Source: Trichosphaerium sp. ATCC 40318
Lineage: Eukaryota; Protista; Tubulinea
DNA: 64,000 nt
Direction: 5' to 3'
Assembly (NCBI GenBank): GCA_038496445.1
Contig: JALMLS010000420.1
Coordinates: forward strand, 620,001-684,000
Under the pieces are notes generated by a model. The model saw nothing but the letters and a program-made list of their open reading frames with translations, was not told where the DNA came from and searched no databases. The position numbers and the translations under genes are program-made. Numbering within the stretch: position 1 is the first letter of the stretch; each line of letters opens with the position of its first letter. Below are positions 27,396 to 40,368 of this stretch, in pieces.

Positions 27396-30050
27396 ATGGC
27401 CAATGAGAGCGAACGCTGTGAGGTATAGGATACTTGTCTTACGCTCCTAACGCTTGATAGACTCTAGCGCCTCCAAAACGACAGAAAATACACAAAACAG
27501 ATACAAATATACCTACAGAAGAGCTACTATCGTTTATAACGCATGCACACAGTTTTTTGGAGGCAAACGAGCGTTTCGTTGATTATGAGGTACCTGTCAC
27601 GTTTCTTTGTGCTTTTGTAATTAAACTAAATTCATAGTCGGAAATAAGCGAGTTTGGTGATTGTGTCGGTTGGTTTAGAAAAATACAACAAACCTTACCC
27701 GCTCTGGAACAGAAACTTCAATTGCGTGTACGTCACATAAATAAAAACTTCATTACGCACATTGTACAATTTTTTTTAGTGCACGTGTTTTTGCAAAAAA
27801 ATATAACCAGCTTGAGACATTCCTGTTGTTAACGTTTGGTAGATCGTTAAAGAGTGCGGGTCAAAGCAGAACTATTTTGATGGAATACCATTGGAAATTC
27901 TTGCAATGATATTTGAGTATTTGACGAAATCTCAAAGAAGGTTATTGGGTCACGTGTGTAGGTATTGGAAGGATGCATTACGATTGGTGTTTGGCAGGAT
28001 ATTGGAATTTGACAAGTACGTTTCAATCTGTGCCTTATATTGATTAACCATAACAGTTGTTGGTTAACAGATATGATGCTAATCGGTAAAGTCAAGAGGC
28101 GAGCTGATAAGCTACGGACACTCAGGTATGTCAACAGTTTTAATACTGTTTAGTTAAAACTGACTTGAATGGTTTAATTCTAGTATTAATGGCTGTGGAT
28201 GGTTGGAACCAGATTCAATTGTTAAGGCCATCAGTGAATGCAATCAGCTTACCGAGTTGAACTTGAGTGGTGTTGATGCTAGAACATGGAAGATTGAAAA
28301 AGTAGTTGATTTATTCAAAGCGATTTCAAAACAAACGTCTCTCACTACCCTTGGGTGAGTTCCTCGTCAACTTTTAGTATCAGGGTATTATACCTTTCTA
28401 ATACATTCACAAATCCTAGACTACCTTCACGTAATAGAAAGGTGTCCCCAATATATTTTTCACTGATGAAGTTACCTTTGTTGACAACACTTGAAGTCTT
28501 TGACTTTAATTTTGGGAATGTTTTTTCTAAAGTGCATTCATGCTTTCCAAGCCTTAAACATTTATTTGTAAATTCTGAATCATGTAGAAAGATAGAATAT
28601 GGAAGTGACATTGTACCACTTAACTTGGAAGTACGTTCATACTTTCTATTTGGTTGTTGCAACTTGTCTAAAGTATTTTAGAGCTTCTGGTGTACTGACA
28701 AGTTAGAAGCTACATGGAAGTGGAACACAATAATAAATGAGAAACTATGCACAAAGTTATCAATATCAATTGCAAATGTTACCAAACTTGGAGACTTACC
28801 ATGCCTCAGAGAATTATTCGTTTATAATCTTCGCAGAGGAACTAATTTTGATATCAAAATATTAAGAAAGTTTCCTCATCTCACTCGCTTGAGGATATAT
28901 TCACCACGTACTTTTTAGAAAACTTCACCAGTCATAAAATAAACAGTAATCTTACATTGACTATTGTCTTAGAGGTGCTAAATAAAGATAAAAGCTCAGG
29001 TGCAGCATGTGTTAATTATACTTTGTCATAAAAGCTATTTCATTTGTTAATGCTTGGTAGTTCCTCTTTGTTTGAATCTTGAAGCTTTGACACTTTGTAT
29101 TGATGTTAATACAGTATCTCTTTTAAAACTGTAAGCCGAAGCACTTTCAGATAATGATTTGACAGCTATTACAGGCTTCCAAGTAGTTTGAAAGAATTAG
29201 ATATTCAGCATATACATGAGGAATCAGAGGAGTGTGACCGTGTTTTACAAGACAGATTTCAAAGCTTAAGAAAACTTAGGGTGCCATATTGGATTTTTAC
29301 AGACCTATTGCGCTAGATTAGTGGACCATGGAACTATACTCAGGTGCCAAACAAATATCAAGGATTATGTGATCTCAACATAAGCGCTTGTACTGTTTCT
29401 TCAAAGTATTTACCCACAATTGCTGGTATGTAAAGAGTACTTTATTGTTTTCTTAACCCATGAATTAGAGAATTGTAATTTGATCAACTTGACGCTACAC
29501 TTTTACAAAGATGGTGATGCTGTTAGAAATTTAGTGGTTTCAATGACATCACTAAAAAAGCTTAACCTCAGATCATGCGCTTGTTCTCCATTTACAATGC
29601 CACACCCCTCAAAAAAGTTAGTCAAGTCCAACAAGTATTGATCAGCTATTAATTTTATATTTAGTTTTCATACATTGATCACACATGGATCAACAAAGGC
29701 TGATGTGAATGGTTTGATATGTACATAACATAATATTTTCTCATTTTTTTCTAATTTATCACCTGTAGTTCCAACAATTTCTTGCCTTGGCGTAAACTCT
29801 TCAAAGAGTAGCCTGGATTTTGTAACAGGATTTATTCCAAAATACCCTTTATTAGAAACTATTTACATACGTGGATTAGACCATGAATCGTACTTGGAAC
29901 AATTGAAAATGTTAGTTTTTTTCCATTTTTTTCATTATGTCTTACACACTGATGTGTAGGTATCTCAAAGTTAACAAAAGAAAGTTTAAATGTTTTACAA
30001 ATAGACGGTGTACTGCAGTTTGTACCATACAGCCAAAATCGTTCACCTAA
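27396..30050 (+). CDS. F-box/LRR protein, tandem paralog 2
   Basis: Same exon structure and high nucleotide identity to paralog 1; F-box 'YFDGIPLEILAMIFEYL'. Confidence 0.85.
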
Positions 30051-30503
30051 CAATTGCTTCAAAGGCAGCCAATAAATGTTCAACTTGTGTAGGTTTTTTT
30101 TTCAAAGTCATGTATTTCTGGCATTGAAAAGGAAATTTTTGGTGGCATGGGTGATTGCTGCTCGCCATGTAGTTTATAAGCTTTGTAGGTTGTTGTTGTT
30201 GATTTATACGAAGTCAACTGACGTTTACCCAAACGTCTGTAACGGAGTAAAACACGTGTACAGCCATAAAAATGACCGGTAGCTTGGGAAGTCAAAAAAC
30301 CAGAAAATGAGCGATTGATTTAAGTCCCCGAGACAAGCATCCAAAACGGTTGTACCAATCTACACTAACAATCGATCATACAAGACTTGGGCTTGACATT
30401 TGAGTTGAGCAACAGTTGTTGTAATTGTTTGAAGGAAAGAAATCACGTGTTAAGCGAGAAGACGTGGTAATATTGATTGAGGAAGCGATACTGAGTAAAA
30501 ATA

Positions 30504-33325
30504 ATGTCCAATGCAAGCGAAAACGCTGATGTACCATAGCTAATAACTCTCTTACGCCTCCTCTAACGCTTGATAGACTCTAGCTCCTCCAAAACGTCAA
30601 AAAATAAATGAAACAGATAAAAACATACCAACAGAAGAGCTACTATCGTTTGTAACGCGAATGAACAGTTTCTTGGAGTCGAATAAGCGTTTCATTAATG
30701 CCAAGGTACCCGTGTCATTCTACACTTAAATGTATTAACTTGTAACCAACAGCCGGATATAAGCGATTATGGCGATTGTGCAAAGTATGTCAGTTGGTTT
30801 AGGAAAATACAGCAAACATTACCGGATCTAGAACAGGACCTTCAATTACGTGTACGTTTGAATAACTTTTTTTTATCAAGAAGTAGTCACGTGTGTTTTG
30901 CCAAAAACCGTACTAAAAACTGTAATGAGAGTTTGTGTTTCTGCTGACAAACGTATTATAGTACTTTGTTATTTGTTGCTGTTGCCAATAGCGGCACGTG
31001 TACCGCAACCAGTTTTGTGAACCTTTTCTGTTTGTCTAGTTGTTCTTTAAAACCTTTCGTTCAGATTGTTACAGAAGACAAGTTAAAGAAGAACTGTTTT
31101 GATGACATACCATTGGAAGTCCTGGCAACGATTTTTGAGCACTTGACGAAATCTCAAAGGAAACTATTGGGTCACGTGTGTAGGATTTGGGGAGATACTT
31201 TACGATTGGCATTTGGTAGACAATTAGAATTCGATAAGTACGTCTAACAACTCACCAATTGCTGTGCCTTATACTGATTAACCATAACAGTTGTTGGTTA
31301 ACAGACATGATGCTAATCGGTAAAGTCAAGAGGCGAGCCGATAGGCTACTGACACTCACGTAACCATTATTTGTTCAATACTATTGTTGTTCTTTCTAAT
31401 GTTGAATGTGCCTTAGTATCAACGGATGTGGATGGCTAAGGCCAAGTTCAATTGTTAAGGCTATCAGTGAATGCAATCAGCTCACCGAGTTGAACTTGAA
31501 TGGTGTTGATGCCAGAAAGTGGAAGATTGGTGGGATAGTTGATTTATTCAAAGTGATATCAAAACAAACGTCTCTCACTACCCTTGGGTAAGCATCCATA
31601 TGGGCGTACCACACTTCTCTAACACAATTATAAATCCTAGAATGCCATCACATAACAGAAAGATGGCGTCAAAGCACTTCTCACTGTTGAAGCTGCCTTC
31701 ATTGACAACACTTGATATTGCCAACTTTAATTTCACAAATGCTGTCTCCAAAGTGCCTTTATGCTTTCCAGACCTTAAGCATTTAACATTAAATCCCAAA
31801 TTATGTCAGACGCTTGAATATCTACCCACTGTGATAGAATCACTCAATCTAGAGGTTTGCCTTATTTATTCTTAACATTTGTGACTTTGTTTTCAAGAGT
31901 TTTGTGTGTAATGACTGGGTGAACCTCAAGTGGAAGTGGAATGCAATGATAAATGAACAACATTGTAGAAGACTATCAATATCGATTTTAGACATTGCAA
32001 AATTAGGAGATCTGCCATCACTCAGAGAGTTAACTATTTATCGTGATCGTGACTTTGAGAATTTTTCTCTTGCTGTGTTAGATTTGAAGATTTTAAGACG
32101 CTTTCCAAATCTTACTCACCTAGACATTGATGCACACCGTAATAACAAAAACCTACAATTGGGTGTTCAATGAGCTTACTTTTTCTACTTAGGAATGGTT
32201 AATACTGATGATAACAGCTCAAGTAAGTTGTTTTTTAATAGTTCTGACTTTTTTTAAGTCTCTTGTAGTACCTTTTAGTCTGAATCTTGAATGTTTGACT
32301 GTTAACCTTGGTTGTAATCCACTGCTGTTATTAAAATTGTACATTAGTACCATGAGAAAAGTTGTATTGATAGGTTTTTTTTTGTTAAGGCTTTCGAGTG
32401 GTTTAAAAGAGTTGAATATAGACTATTGTTCCCAAGATGGCGATGCTGAAGCAGATGAGTGTAGTTGCATTATACGACAAAAATTTCAAAGCCTAAGAAA
32501 ACTCAAGGTGTGAAAATTTGAGGTACTATTACCTATACTTAATAGTATATGTAGATTATGAGCCTTTATAGAATACAGAAATATCACGTTAATCTTCAAA
32601 CATTATGTGATCTTGACATATCTCAGAATGCTGTTTCTGCAAATCATTTTCCTGTGATTGCTGGTAAGTACAGTTTATGACTCTTGTTTTACTTTGATTT
32701 TTTAGAACATTGCAATTTGATTAACTTGACACTACGCTGTTATTCTTGTGGCTATTCTGGAATATGTCTTATGAAAAACTTAATAATGTCCATGACATCA
32801 TTACAAAAGCTACATCTACATCACAGCTGTGTAACCTTTAAAGAGCCACACCCTTCAAAAAAGTAAGACACTTTTGTTGAGCTGTATCAACCTTTTTGTA
32901 CTAACACTTGGGGTTTTTATGTAGCTTTAACAAGTTTATCTTACTGGCAAATGTATACGATTACAATGTAGATTCTTTTAATTGTACAAAACTGTTCTTT
33001 TCTTTCTCTTTTTCTTATTCTGGTACTTAAGTTCCAACCGTCTCCTGCCTTGAAATGGATCTTTCTGTATATAAGTTGGATGCCATAACTAGATTTATTG
33101 AAAGATCACCGTTATTGGAAACTATTCATATACATGGAGTACAACAACCAGTGTTGGAGCACTTGAAAAAGTACCTTTGATTTTTTGGTTTTGAAAACAA
33201 CTTACACAGTTTTAAAATACTGACACATTTGTTCAAGGTATTACAAAAAACTGGAAAGAAACACAATATGCTTTTCAGACACGAAAAGCTCAGTTTGTGT
33301 AATCCAACCTAGCACAAAATTATAG
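30504..33325 (+). CDS. F-box/LRR protein, tandem paralog 3 (more diverged)
   Basis: 'CFDDIPLEVLATIFEHLTKSQRKLLGHVCRIW' and collinear LRR exons. Confidence 0.85.
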
Positions 33326-33476
33326 GAAATCCTACCAACGACAGACCGTCGTCACCAAAATCTTAGACAACATTAAGTTCATGGTATACAGTACAATTGA
33401 AATCAATATACTACAATCACAAACTTTATTACTAAGTGTCACATGTTCAGCACTCCAACAATACACTTTTACAGTT

Positions 33477-34169
33477 TCAGTGTTTGTAATCTCCTACTAG
33501 TTTATCATTTACAAAACAGCATTTCTCTAACAAATAGCCATTGCTATGCCACCTTTTATACTCTCCATCGTACTTACCATTGAGATAAAAACAATGCTCA
33601 CTTAAGAGCCCATTTATATACCACCTCTTACTCTCACCATTACGTTTACCATCAATTAACATATCATGAGTCTCCAATTGCCCATTTTCGTACCAAGCCA
33701 TGTACTCTCCGTTTTGCACTCCTTTGATGTAATGACTTTTTCCCATCAATAAACCATTACTATGATATCTCTTGAACTCTCCTTCTAATCTACCCTCAAC
33801 ATAAACACATGATTTCTCCAATGTGCCATTGTCATGCCAACATCTATACTCGCCATGTAGCTGTCCACTTTTCCAGTATGCACAACAAATTACAATCCTC
33901 TTTATAGGAAGCCTGGTACATCGATAATATCGAAAATATCGCGATTTACGATGTTTGTGTGTTATAACAAGCTTGTAGCAAATCCATTTGCGATGTTTTC
34001 TCAACTCGCTATCAAACCTTGTCGATGTAGCAGTATGTTTAGATAATAGCGGCCATTTTAAATACACTTCAACGTCTATATCAATGATATCAAGATGTAT
34101 CTCCAGCGGGAGCTGTAAAATATAGGAAAACGGCCCAACAGATGTACCTGTGCTCATGTGCTTTTTCAC
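33477..34169 (-). CDS. F-box-like + MORN-variant repeat protein, copy 3 (apparently nonsense-truncated)
   Basis: 'ILQLPLEIHLDIIDIDVEVYLKWPLLSKHTATSTRFDSELRKH' plus repeats; TGA falls where the repeat Trp is expected. Confidence 0.85.
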   Translation of the reverse strand: MKKHMSTGTSVGPFSYILQLPLEIHLDIIDIDVEVYLKWPLLSKHTATSTRFDSELRKHRKWICYKLVITHKHRKSRYFRYYRCTRLPIKRIVICCAYWKSGQLHGEYRCWHDNGTLEKSCVYVEGRLEGEFKRYHSNGLLMGKSHYIKGVQNGEYMAWYENGQLETHDMLIDGKRNGESKRWYINGLLSEHCFYLNGKYDGEYKRWHSNGYLLEKCCFVNDKLVGDYKH

Positions 34170-34741
34170 GTAACTGTTGTTACAGAGTCGGTTTATGAAA
34201 CAATTTGACCAACTAACATATGTAACTGCGATATTTTTTGACCTAGGATGAATCTGCCAGGTTTTCTATGCTTGTAGAAATACTAGGTATTGACACGTGG
34301 TCAGAAAGTCCATTTTGATTTTGATAGTCGGCTCTTTGGGCGATTTTACACCTTCGAAGCATCAAGTAGTTTTCAATTTAAAGCCACGAAACTGACTCAG
34401 TGCTGCTCGCCAAACGTATTTGCGTTATTTATATGAACGTAGACTGAATACTAAGTTACTTTGTTTAGAACACATGTCGCACTTAATATATTAAGGTGCC
34501 AAATGCATATTAAGTAGTTCACACCTGGTTCACAGCCTTCAGTTTACCTTTCTTTTGTAAAATTATAGTACGCCAAAGTTGCACCCGCGCCAAACTAATA
34601 TTAATAATGACAATGTTTGTTTATAACCTGTCAATGTGCTACCTCTTACGCATTACAAAACATGCTAGGCGCTAAAGCAAACACACTAGTTATAGCGTTT
34701 TTTTGTCATTCTCAGAGGTACTTATCTAAAAATAGACAAAA

Positions 34742-36366
34742 ATGGAGCAACCTGTGTTAACGAGATTGGAGCTAGAAAAAGCAATTAACTTTCAGCTTCT
34801 TATTGTACGTAAAACCTAAGCAATATACGAATATAACACTAACGCTCCGTTTACAGACAGTTGTACAAGAATCTTTTCTAAGGGAAGACATAAAAGAATG
34901 CCTACGGTTAGTCCACTCGTACCATTGCCATATTGTTCTGTATCTGACATGTTTAAGCCAAATGAAACAATTACGAGGCTATGCCCAGGCTACAAAGCCT
35001 ATTTTGCGTGATAGATTAGTTAACTTGTTGGACCTGAGAGTAAGCCAATGTGAGAAATCTAGCATCTCAGTTGACGACCTCTATGATATTTGTGTAAAAT
35101 GTGAAAGGATAAGGCACGTGCTACAAACCGTTTTTTATTCTAAACTTTCTAACAGTCATATAGTTTCCTTACAGGGAAAAGGCAGTACAAGTTTTTTGGT
35201 TGTGATAAATATCCCAGACCAGCAGTTCGTGACATCAGTAGAGCTCCTCTCCTATTCAGCTCTGCCACTCAATGTGGTCAGCTTGTTCCTAGAACTGCAC
35301 CTTTAGAGTATTACACTCCTGCAACTAGAGATGATTACAAATTTATTACGAGTCATGCCTCCCATCCTGATCCACGTGATCCCTTTCATGCCACTAAGTC
35401 AACAATTTTGTGTTGGTTCGTAAGTAGTCAGAGTGGAAAACAGCGCAGGGAATTCATTGTTCCTGAAACCTTTCGAACCAAGCGTTATTTATTGAGATGT
35501 TTCAAGTATGCACCTAGTGCCAACGACATCTACTGTCCATGGCCATTGGACCTAATTATTTTGAACAACTCATTATTGAAGCTTAACCAAGTACGTCTTA
35601 GATCTTTCGCTTTTTTTATCAAATTGTTCACGTGATTTTGTCTATCAATGACTTCGACTTTAAATTTTAATTGTAATACCAAGGGGGAATGCCTAGTACT
35701 TCAGGACCTTCGCGAAGGACGTAATGCTTTTTTTTTTGATGGAACCTTTGAACAGGTACAACGCAAGATTCAAACAAACCAGTCTTTCTTATTGTATTAG
35801 TGGTATGGTGTCGTACAAGAATATGAAGTACCATCTGTACAACATTTTTGTAACAGACTGCATTATTTATCACGCGAGGAATGCGTGCTGAAAGGTAAGC
35901 CTTTTTACAGTCCTTGTGTACAATTTTCTAAGTTTACTATTAGTCCTACTATCGTTTAATAGCACGTGTGATACCAAAGAAGTTATGTGTACGGTATCTT
36001 TGGTTGATACCTTGGGGAAACAGCGTATATCAACTCCTGGTCGTGGCATGCACTGTAACCATGTACAGGTACACTTGTTAGAGAAAGGCTCCAATACTTG
36101 TGAGTTTGTGAAACGAGTGTATTGCTGACATAAGCCGCTAGTGCTTTGATGTTGCTACATGGTTGGAGATGAATAAACGTTCAAACACTTGGCAGTGCCC
36201 TATTTGCTCGACACCTTTATGGTTATATCAGGTGGTAGTCGATTCTTACTTTGCTGCAATATTACATGATGTTTCTGGTAATGAAGCTATAATAAGAGCA
36301 GACGGCAGCTATGAGAGCGCTACTGCCATCCAAACACAGTTTAACCTCAATGCCTCTTGTCAATGA
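34742..36366 (+). CDS. PIAS/Siz-like MIZ/SP-RING zinc-finger protein (putative SUMO E3 ligase)
   Basis: 'VSLVDTLGKQRISTPGRGMHCNHVQ|CFD...WLEMN....TWQCPIC' and PINIT-like 'CPWPLDLIILNN'. The 3' end may extend to about 36690. Confidence 0.85.
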
Positions 36367-37341
36367 AGGCAGCTTAAACAGTGAGGTGCTTTGGTAACCT
36401 TTTTGTTATGTATTGGCATTTGAGTATTGTACTTGTGTTAGAGAAGTATGATACACCCATACTAAAAGTTGACACGAATTCATACCAAGGCTAGTGAGAG
36501 ATGCTTATTTGATATCCCTTTTAATAAATCAACTATCCTCCAATCTTCCATGCTCTGGCATCAACACCGCTCAATTTCAACTTGGTGAGCTGATTGCATT
36601 TGCTGATGTATCTTACGCTCTCAATCCTCGAAGTATTACTAATGTTTACCTACCAAGCTCCTCCATAGTAGACTATGCCGAATTACTATAACCGTTATAG
36701 TAATACTACACGGTTAGCATAACAAAAATAATCGCTGTACAAATTTATATCACGTGCCTTCTTCAAAGTAAATACCAATGATTGGTATTGTCAGTATCAT
36801 TTAAGTTATATTTTTGTAAGTTATTGCGAATTTTACGATACGAGAGTGAATATTCAAAGTATTTGCTACTTATCTGAATACTATCTTAAAGTACTTGGTT
36901 GTCTTAATGATCTGTGAATAATGTCTGTTTTTCGTCAACGAAAAGCCTCATGTATTTTTAACAGTACACAGTTGACGATTGCTGAATGCAAACAAAACAA
37001 ACATATTTCACTTTTCCTAACAAGAGTGTCGTGTATGAGTTCCTCTGTATCCGTTCTTCGTTACGTGAACAACGAAGTTTCTTATTATGATATAAAATTA
37101 ATAAAACCAGAATTCGCCTTACCTCGTGCCTGTAACAACTCGTCTTACCTGTAGCTAAGTTATACTACGAGAGTTACAACATCTTACACCAGCAACACGT
37201 TCTAACTTGTTTAGAAGGCGAAAAAAAAACCAAGCAAACTACAGTTTTTCTTCTACTTGATAGCTTGGACGCGTAAGAAGAAATTAAGAAAGCGTTCAAA
37301 GGGGTATATAATTTGGGGTTGACTTCAACACTTTTATTAGC

Positions 37342-38356
37342 ATGAATGAAAACAAGGTATCAGACCGTTCAATTCAAGCTCAAAAATAACTAACTACTAG
37401 AAACTTAAAGAAGAACAAGAAGAATGCCATCTATTAAACCTTCTTCCAGTTGAGATTCAGCTTGATATTATCGACTTGGACTTGTCACTGTATTATAAGT
37501 GGCCTCTCCTTTCAAAACAGGCAGCAATGAACACAAGGTATGATTGTGACATGAATAAGCATGGAAAATGGCTTCGAAGAATCAACAACCTTATTGTACA
37601 GCAAGAGTGCTGGATACATGGTCTACAAGATGGAGAGTACAAATATTGGTACTACAATGGTCAATTAAAAAGCCAGTTTAACTGCATCAATGGCAAACAA
37701 GCAGGGGAATACAAGGATTGGTATGAGAACAGTCAATTGATGAGGCAGTGTAAGTACATCAATGGAAAACGAGAAGGAGAATACAAGATGTGGTATGCGA
37801 CTGGGATATTGATGAGGCAGTGTAATTATATCAATGGCAAACAAGTAGGGGAATACAAGGATTGGTATGAGAACAGTCAATTGATGAGGCAGTGTAAGTA
37901 CATCAATGGAAAACGAGAAGGAGAATACAAGGCATGGTGTTTCAATGGCCAATTGATGGTGCTGTGCAAATATGTCAATGGTAAACGAGAAGGAGAATAC
38001 AGGGTATTGTGGAACAACGGCAAATTGATGGAGAGGTGCAAATATGTCAATGGAAAACGAGAAGGAGAATACAAGAAGTGGTATAAGTATAGCCCATTAC
38101 AGATGATTCACAAGAAAAACCATTTGATGATCCAGTGTAATTACATCAATGGCAAAAAAGAAGGAGAATACAAGAAGTGGTATGAGTATGGCGCAATACA
38201 GAAGCGTGTGTTTACATCAATGGCAAAAAAGCAGGAGACTACAAAAAGTGGTATGAGAATGGTCAATTAATGGAGTGGTACGAGTGTGTCAATGACCAAC
38301 AAGAAGGATACCACAAGAAGTGGTATTACAATGCAGGATTAATGGGTGAACAATAG
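37342..38356 (+). CDS. F-box-like + MORN-variant repeat protein, copy 4 (frameshift near 38205)
   Basis: MNENK|KLKEEQEECHLLNLLPVEIQLDIIDLDLSLYYKWPLLSKQAAMNTRYD...HGKW with highly homogeneous repeats; two further repeats continue in another frame to TAG at 38356. Confidence 0.85.
37686..37930 (+). repeat. Near-identical internal tandem duplication, 144-nt period (two MORN units)
   Basis: 'atcaatggcaaacaag(c/t)aggggaatacaaggattggtatgagaacagtcaattgatgaggcagtgtaagtacatcaatggaaaacgagaaggagaatacaag' at 37686 and 37830. Confidence 0.9.
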
Positions 38357-38529
38357 AGAAAGCCATCGATCGACAAATACCACATGTGATTTATTGCTTC
38401 AAAAGGTATTCACCATGTCATCAGCAACGCTTTTTTCGAACTATCATGCTTCAATAAAGGTTACCTATTTGTACTGTACAATGTGTTTTATTAAGAGACA
38501 TCCATGAACGTCTTTTAGGGGTTTTTTTA

Positions 38530-40138
38530 TTACAACAAACCATCAGTGATGGATTTTCTCTTCTTTGTTCTTGTTGGCGTACGTCCAGGTTCCTTAGTAC
38601 TTTTACGTTTCTTAGGTGTTAAACCTGGTGTAAGCATTCTTCTAGGTGTGCCACTACCTCTCCTAGGTGTCCTTGAAGGCGTAGCATAACTAGCACGAAG
38701 TTGATTGTCCGGTGTAACACCACGTTTTCTTAATAATGAAGCTTGTAATTTTCTTCCAGCGGTAGAAAGTGAAGGTGTTCTTGACCTCTTCTGTTTTCCT
38801 CTTCTCTTTGGTGTTTGCCCGCTCTTAGAAGCCAAATTCTTACGTGCCTTATCAGCAAGAGAGTGTGTTATTCTATCGCGTAAAGTATCCTCTTGTATAT
38901 TAAATCGAGGACCAGTTCCAGATCCAACAGAAAGAGGTGTTTCAGGTGCTGCTAACATCATGGGTGTTTGATCAAGAGTACCCCATGTAGTTATAGGACT
39001 ATCTCCTGATTGTCCTGGGTTTATTTCTGGGGTAAGAAGGAAATCATATCCATTAACATTTGGTGCTTGTGGCTTTTTTTCCGCATCGGGTTCAATCAAA
39101 TCATCGAGATCAATTTTATGTGTTCGTGCTGAACTCATTATCTCTCCTATACTTAAACCATCCTTGAGCATTTGATAAACTACCTTTTGTTCTTGTTTTT
39201 TCTTTGCCTAAAAGAGAATCAGAATAGGTCAGAACGTTGGACGAAATAAAATAAATTGTCAAAAAAAATTCTACAAAAAAAAAAAGATTACAGTGACTTA
39301 CAGACTTAGGATTCGGTTTCTTGAATACGTCAAGGCGTATACGTGTATTATGTGGTACAAGAGCCTTTGATTGACTCTTTACAGGGTCAGCTAATGTACC
39401 AATACCATCTGGCTTCCACATTAAAAGATTCTGAGGTGTATACTTCCATGATGTATTTGCTCCTGGTCCTTTAAGTAATAATTGCTGTCCTTCCTCATCT
39501 CTCATCCAGGCATTCTTTTCATACCGTTTAATACGTTCATCATTTGTTATTTGTCTATTGTAGAGGGTCAGTAATCGCTTCTAATTCGAAGGAACGGAAA
39601 AACGGATTATTTTCCGAAATTACGCCGTTGTGGCTACGTACTCAAACGAAGCGTCATCTTCTGATGTAAATCGGGCGTGAAACTGATCTACAGTTAGATC
39701 TTCAAGCATTTTAGGAACTTTTTCTTTTTTTTCGAGCTTAGTAAGCCTCCCTGTCTTTTTGACGCGAGAAAGAAGCGCTTCTTCATCGTCTTCGTCGTTT
39801 GAAGGAGCCGTTGGAGTATCTTTTGCAAAAACTGGCGTTTGTAGCGGATTTAAACGTCCCTCTACGTCAATGGTTATTATTTGAGGCGTTAATGGATTTT
39901 ACTTACTAATGTTATGTTTCTTCGCGTATTTTTGTTGAATTTCGCGCATAGCTACTAAATCTCCATTGCTTTTAGCTTGTATCCAATCCAAATGATCCGT
40001 TAATTTAGGTAGATCAGGAAAAAACTCCTTCTGAATAACCTTCTCGAGTGCTTCTATGTAATCATCTTCTTCAAGTACAATTGCTGTACTTTGTGTAGTT
40101 TTAGGCAGAGCTTTGTCTCCAAGCTTCGCTAGTTCCAT
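38530..40138 (-). CDS. ESS2: Splicing factor ESS-2 / DGCR14 homolog
   Basis: 'VLEEDDYIEALEKVIQKEFFPDLPKL', 'RFTSEDDASF', 'NGYDFLLTP', 'SPITTWGTLDQTP' and 'DNQLRASYATP'. Confidence 0.9.
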
Positions 40139-40264
40139 TTATATATATTTACAAGTGATTTTGACGAAATGGCATCGCTTCGGCCTTACAGTCAATGAAA
40201 ACTGAAAAAGTCAGAAAATGGTCAATAATAATTTTCATACAAAACAGCACCAAGTTGCCGCCTT

Positions 40265-40272
40265 TTTCGCGC
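40265..40272 (+). promoter_or_regulatory. E2F consensus site TTTCGCGC in the ESS2/E2F divergent promoter
   Basis: Exact TTTSSCGC match about 100 nt upstream of the E2F ATG. Confidence 0.5.
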
Positions 40273-40368
40273 GTTGTATTCAAATTTTCAAACGCTAAAA
40301 CTCTACGTACACGCTTGCATACGAATCTACGCCTTGTGTAGACGCAAATTACACAAAAATACAAAAAA

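Noticed and set aside
33477-33479. TGA read as Trp or Sec (alternative genetic code)
   Set aside because: TGG encodes all other conserved Trp residues, and TGA terminates the RhoGEF, E2F and MORN copy 1 genes normally.
37686-38160. CRISPR array or DGR template/variable repeat pair
   Set aside because: The repeats are in-frame coding units with no unique spacers, no adenine-specific mismatch pattern and no RT gene.
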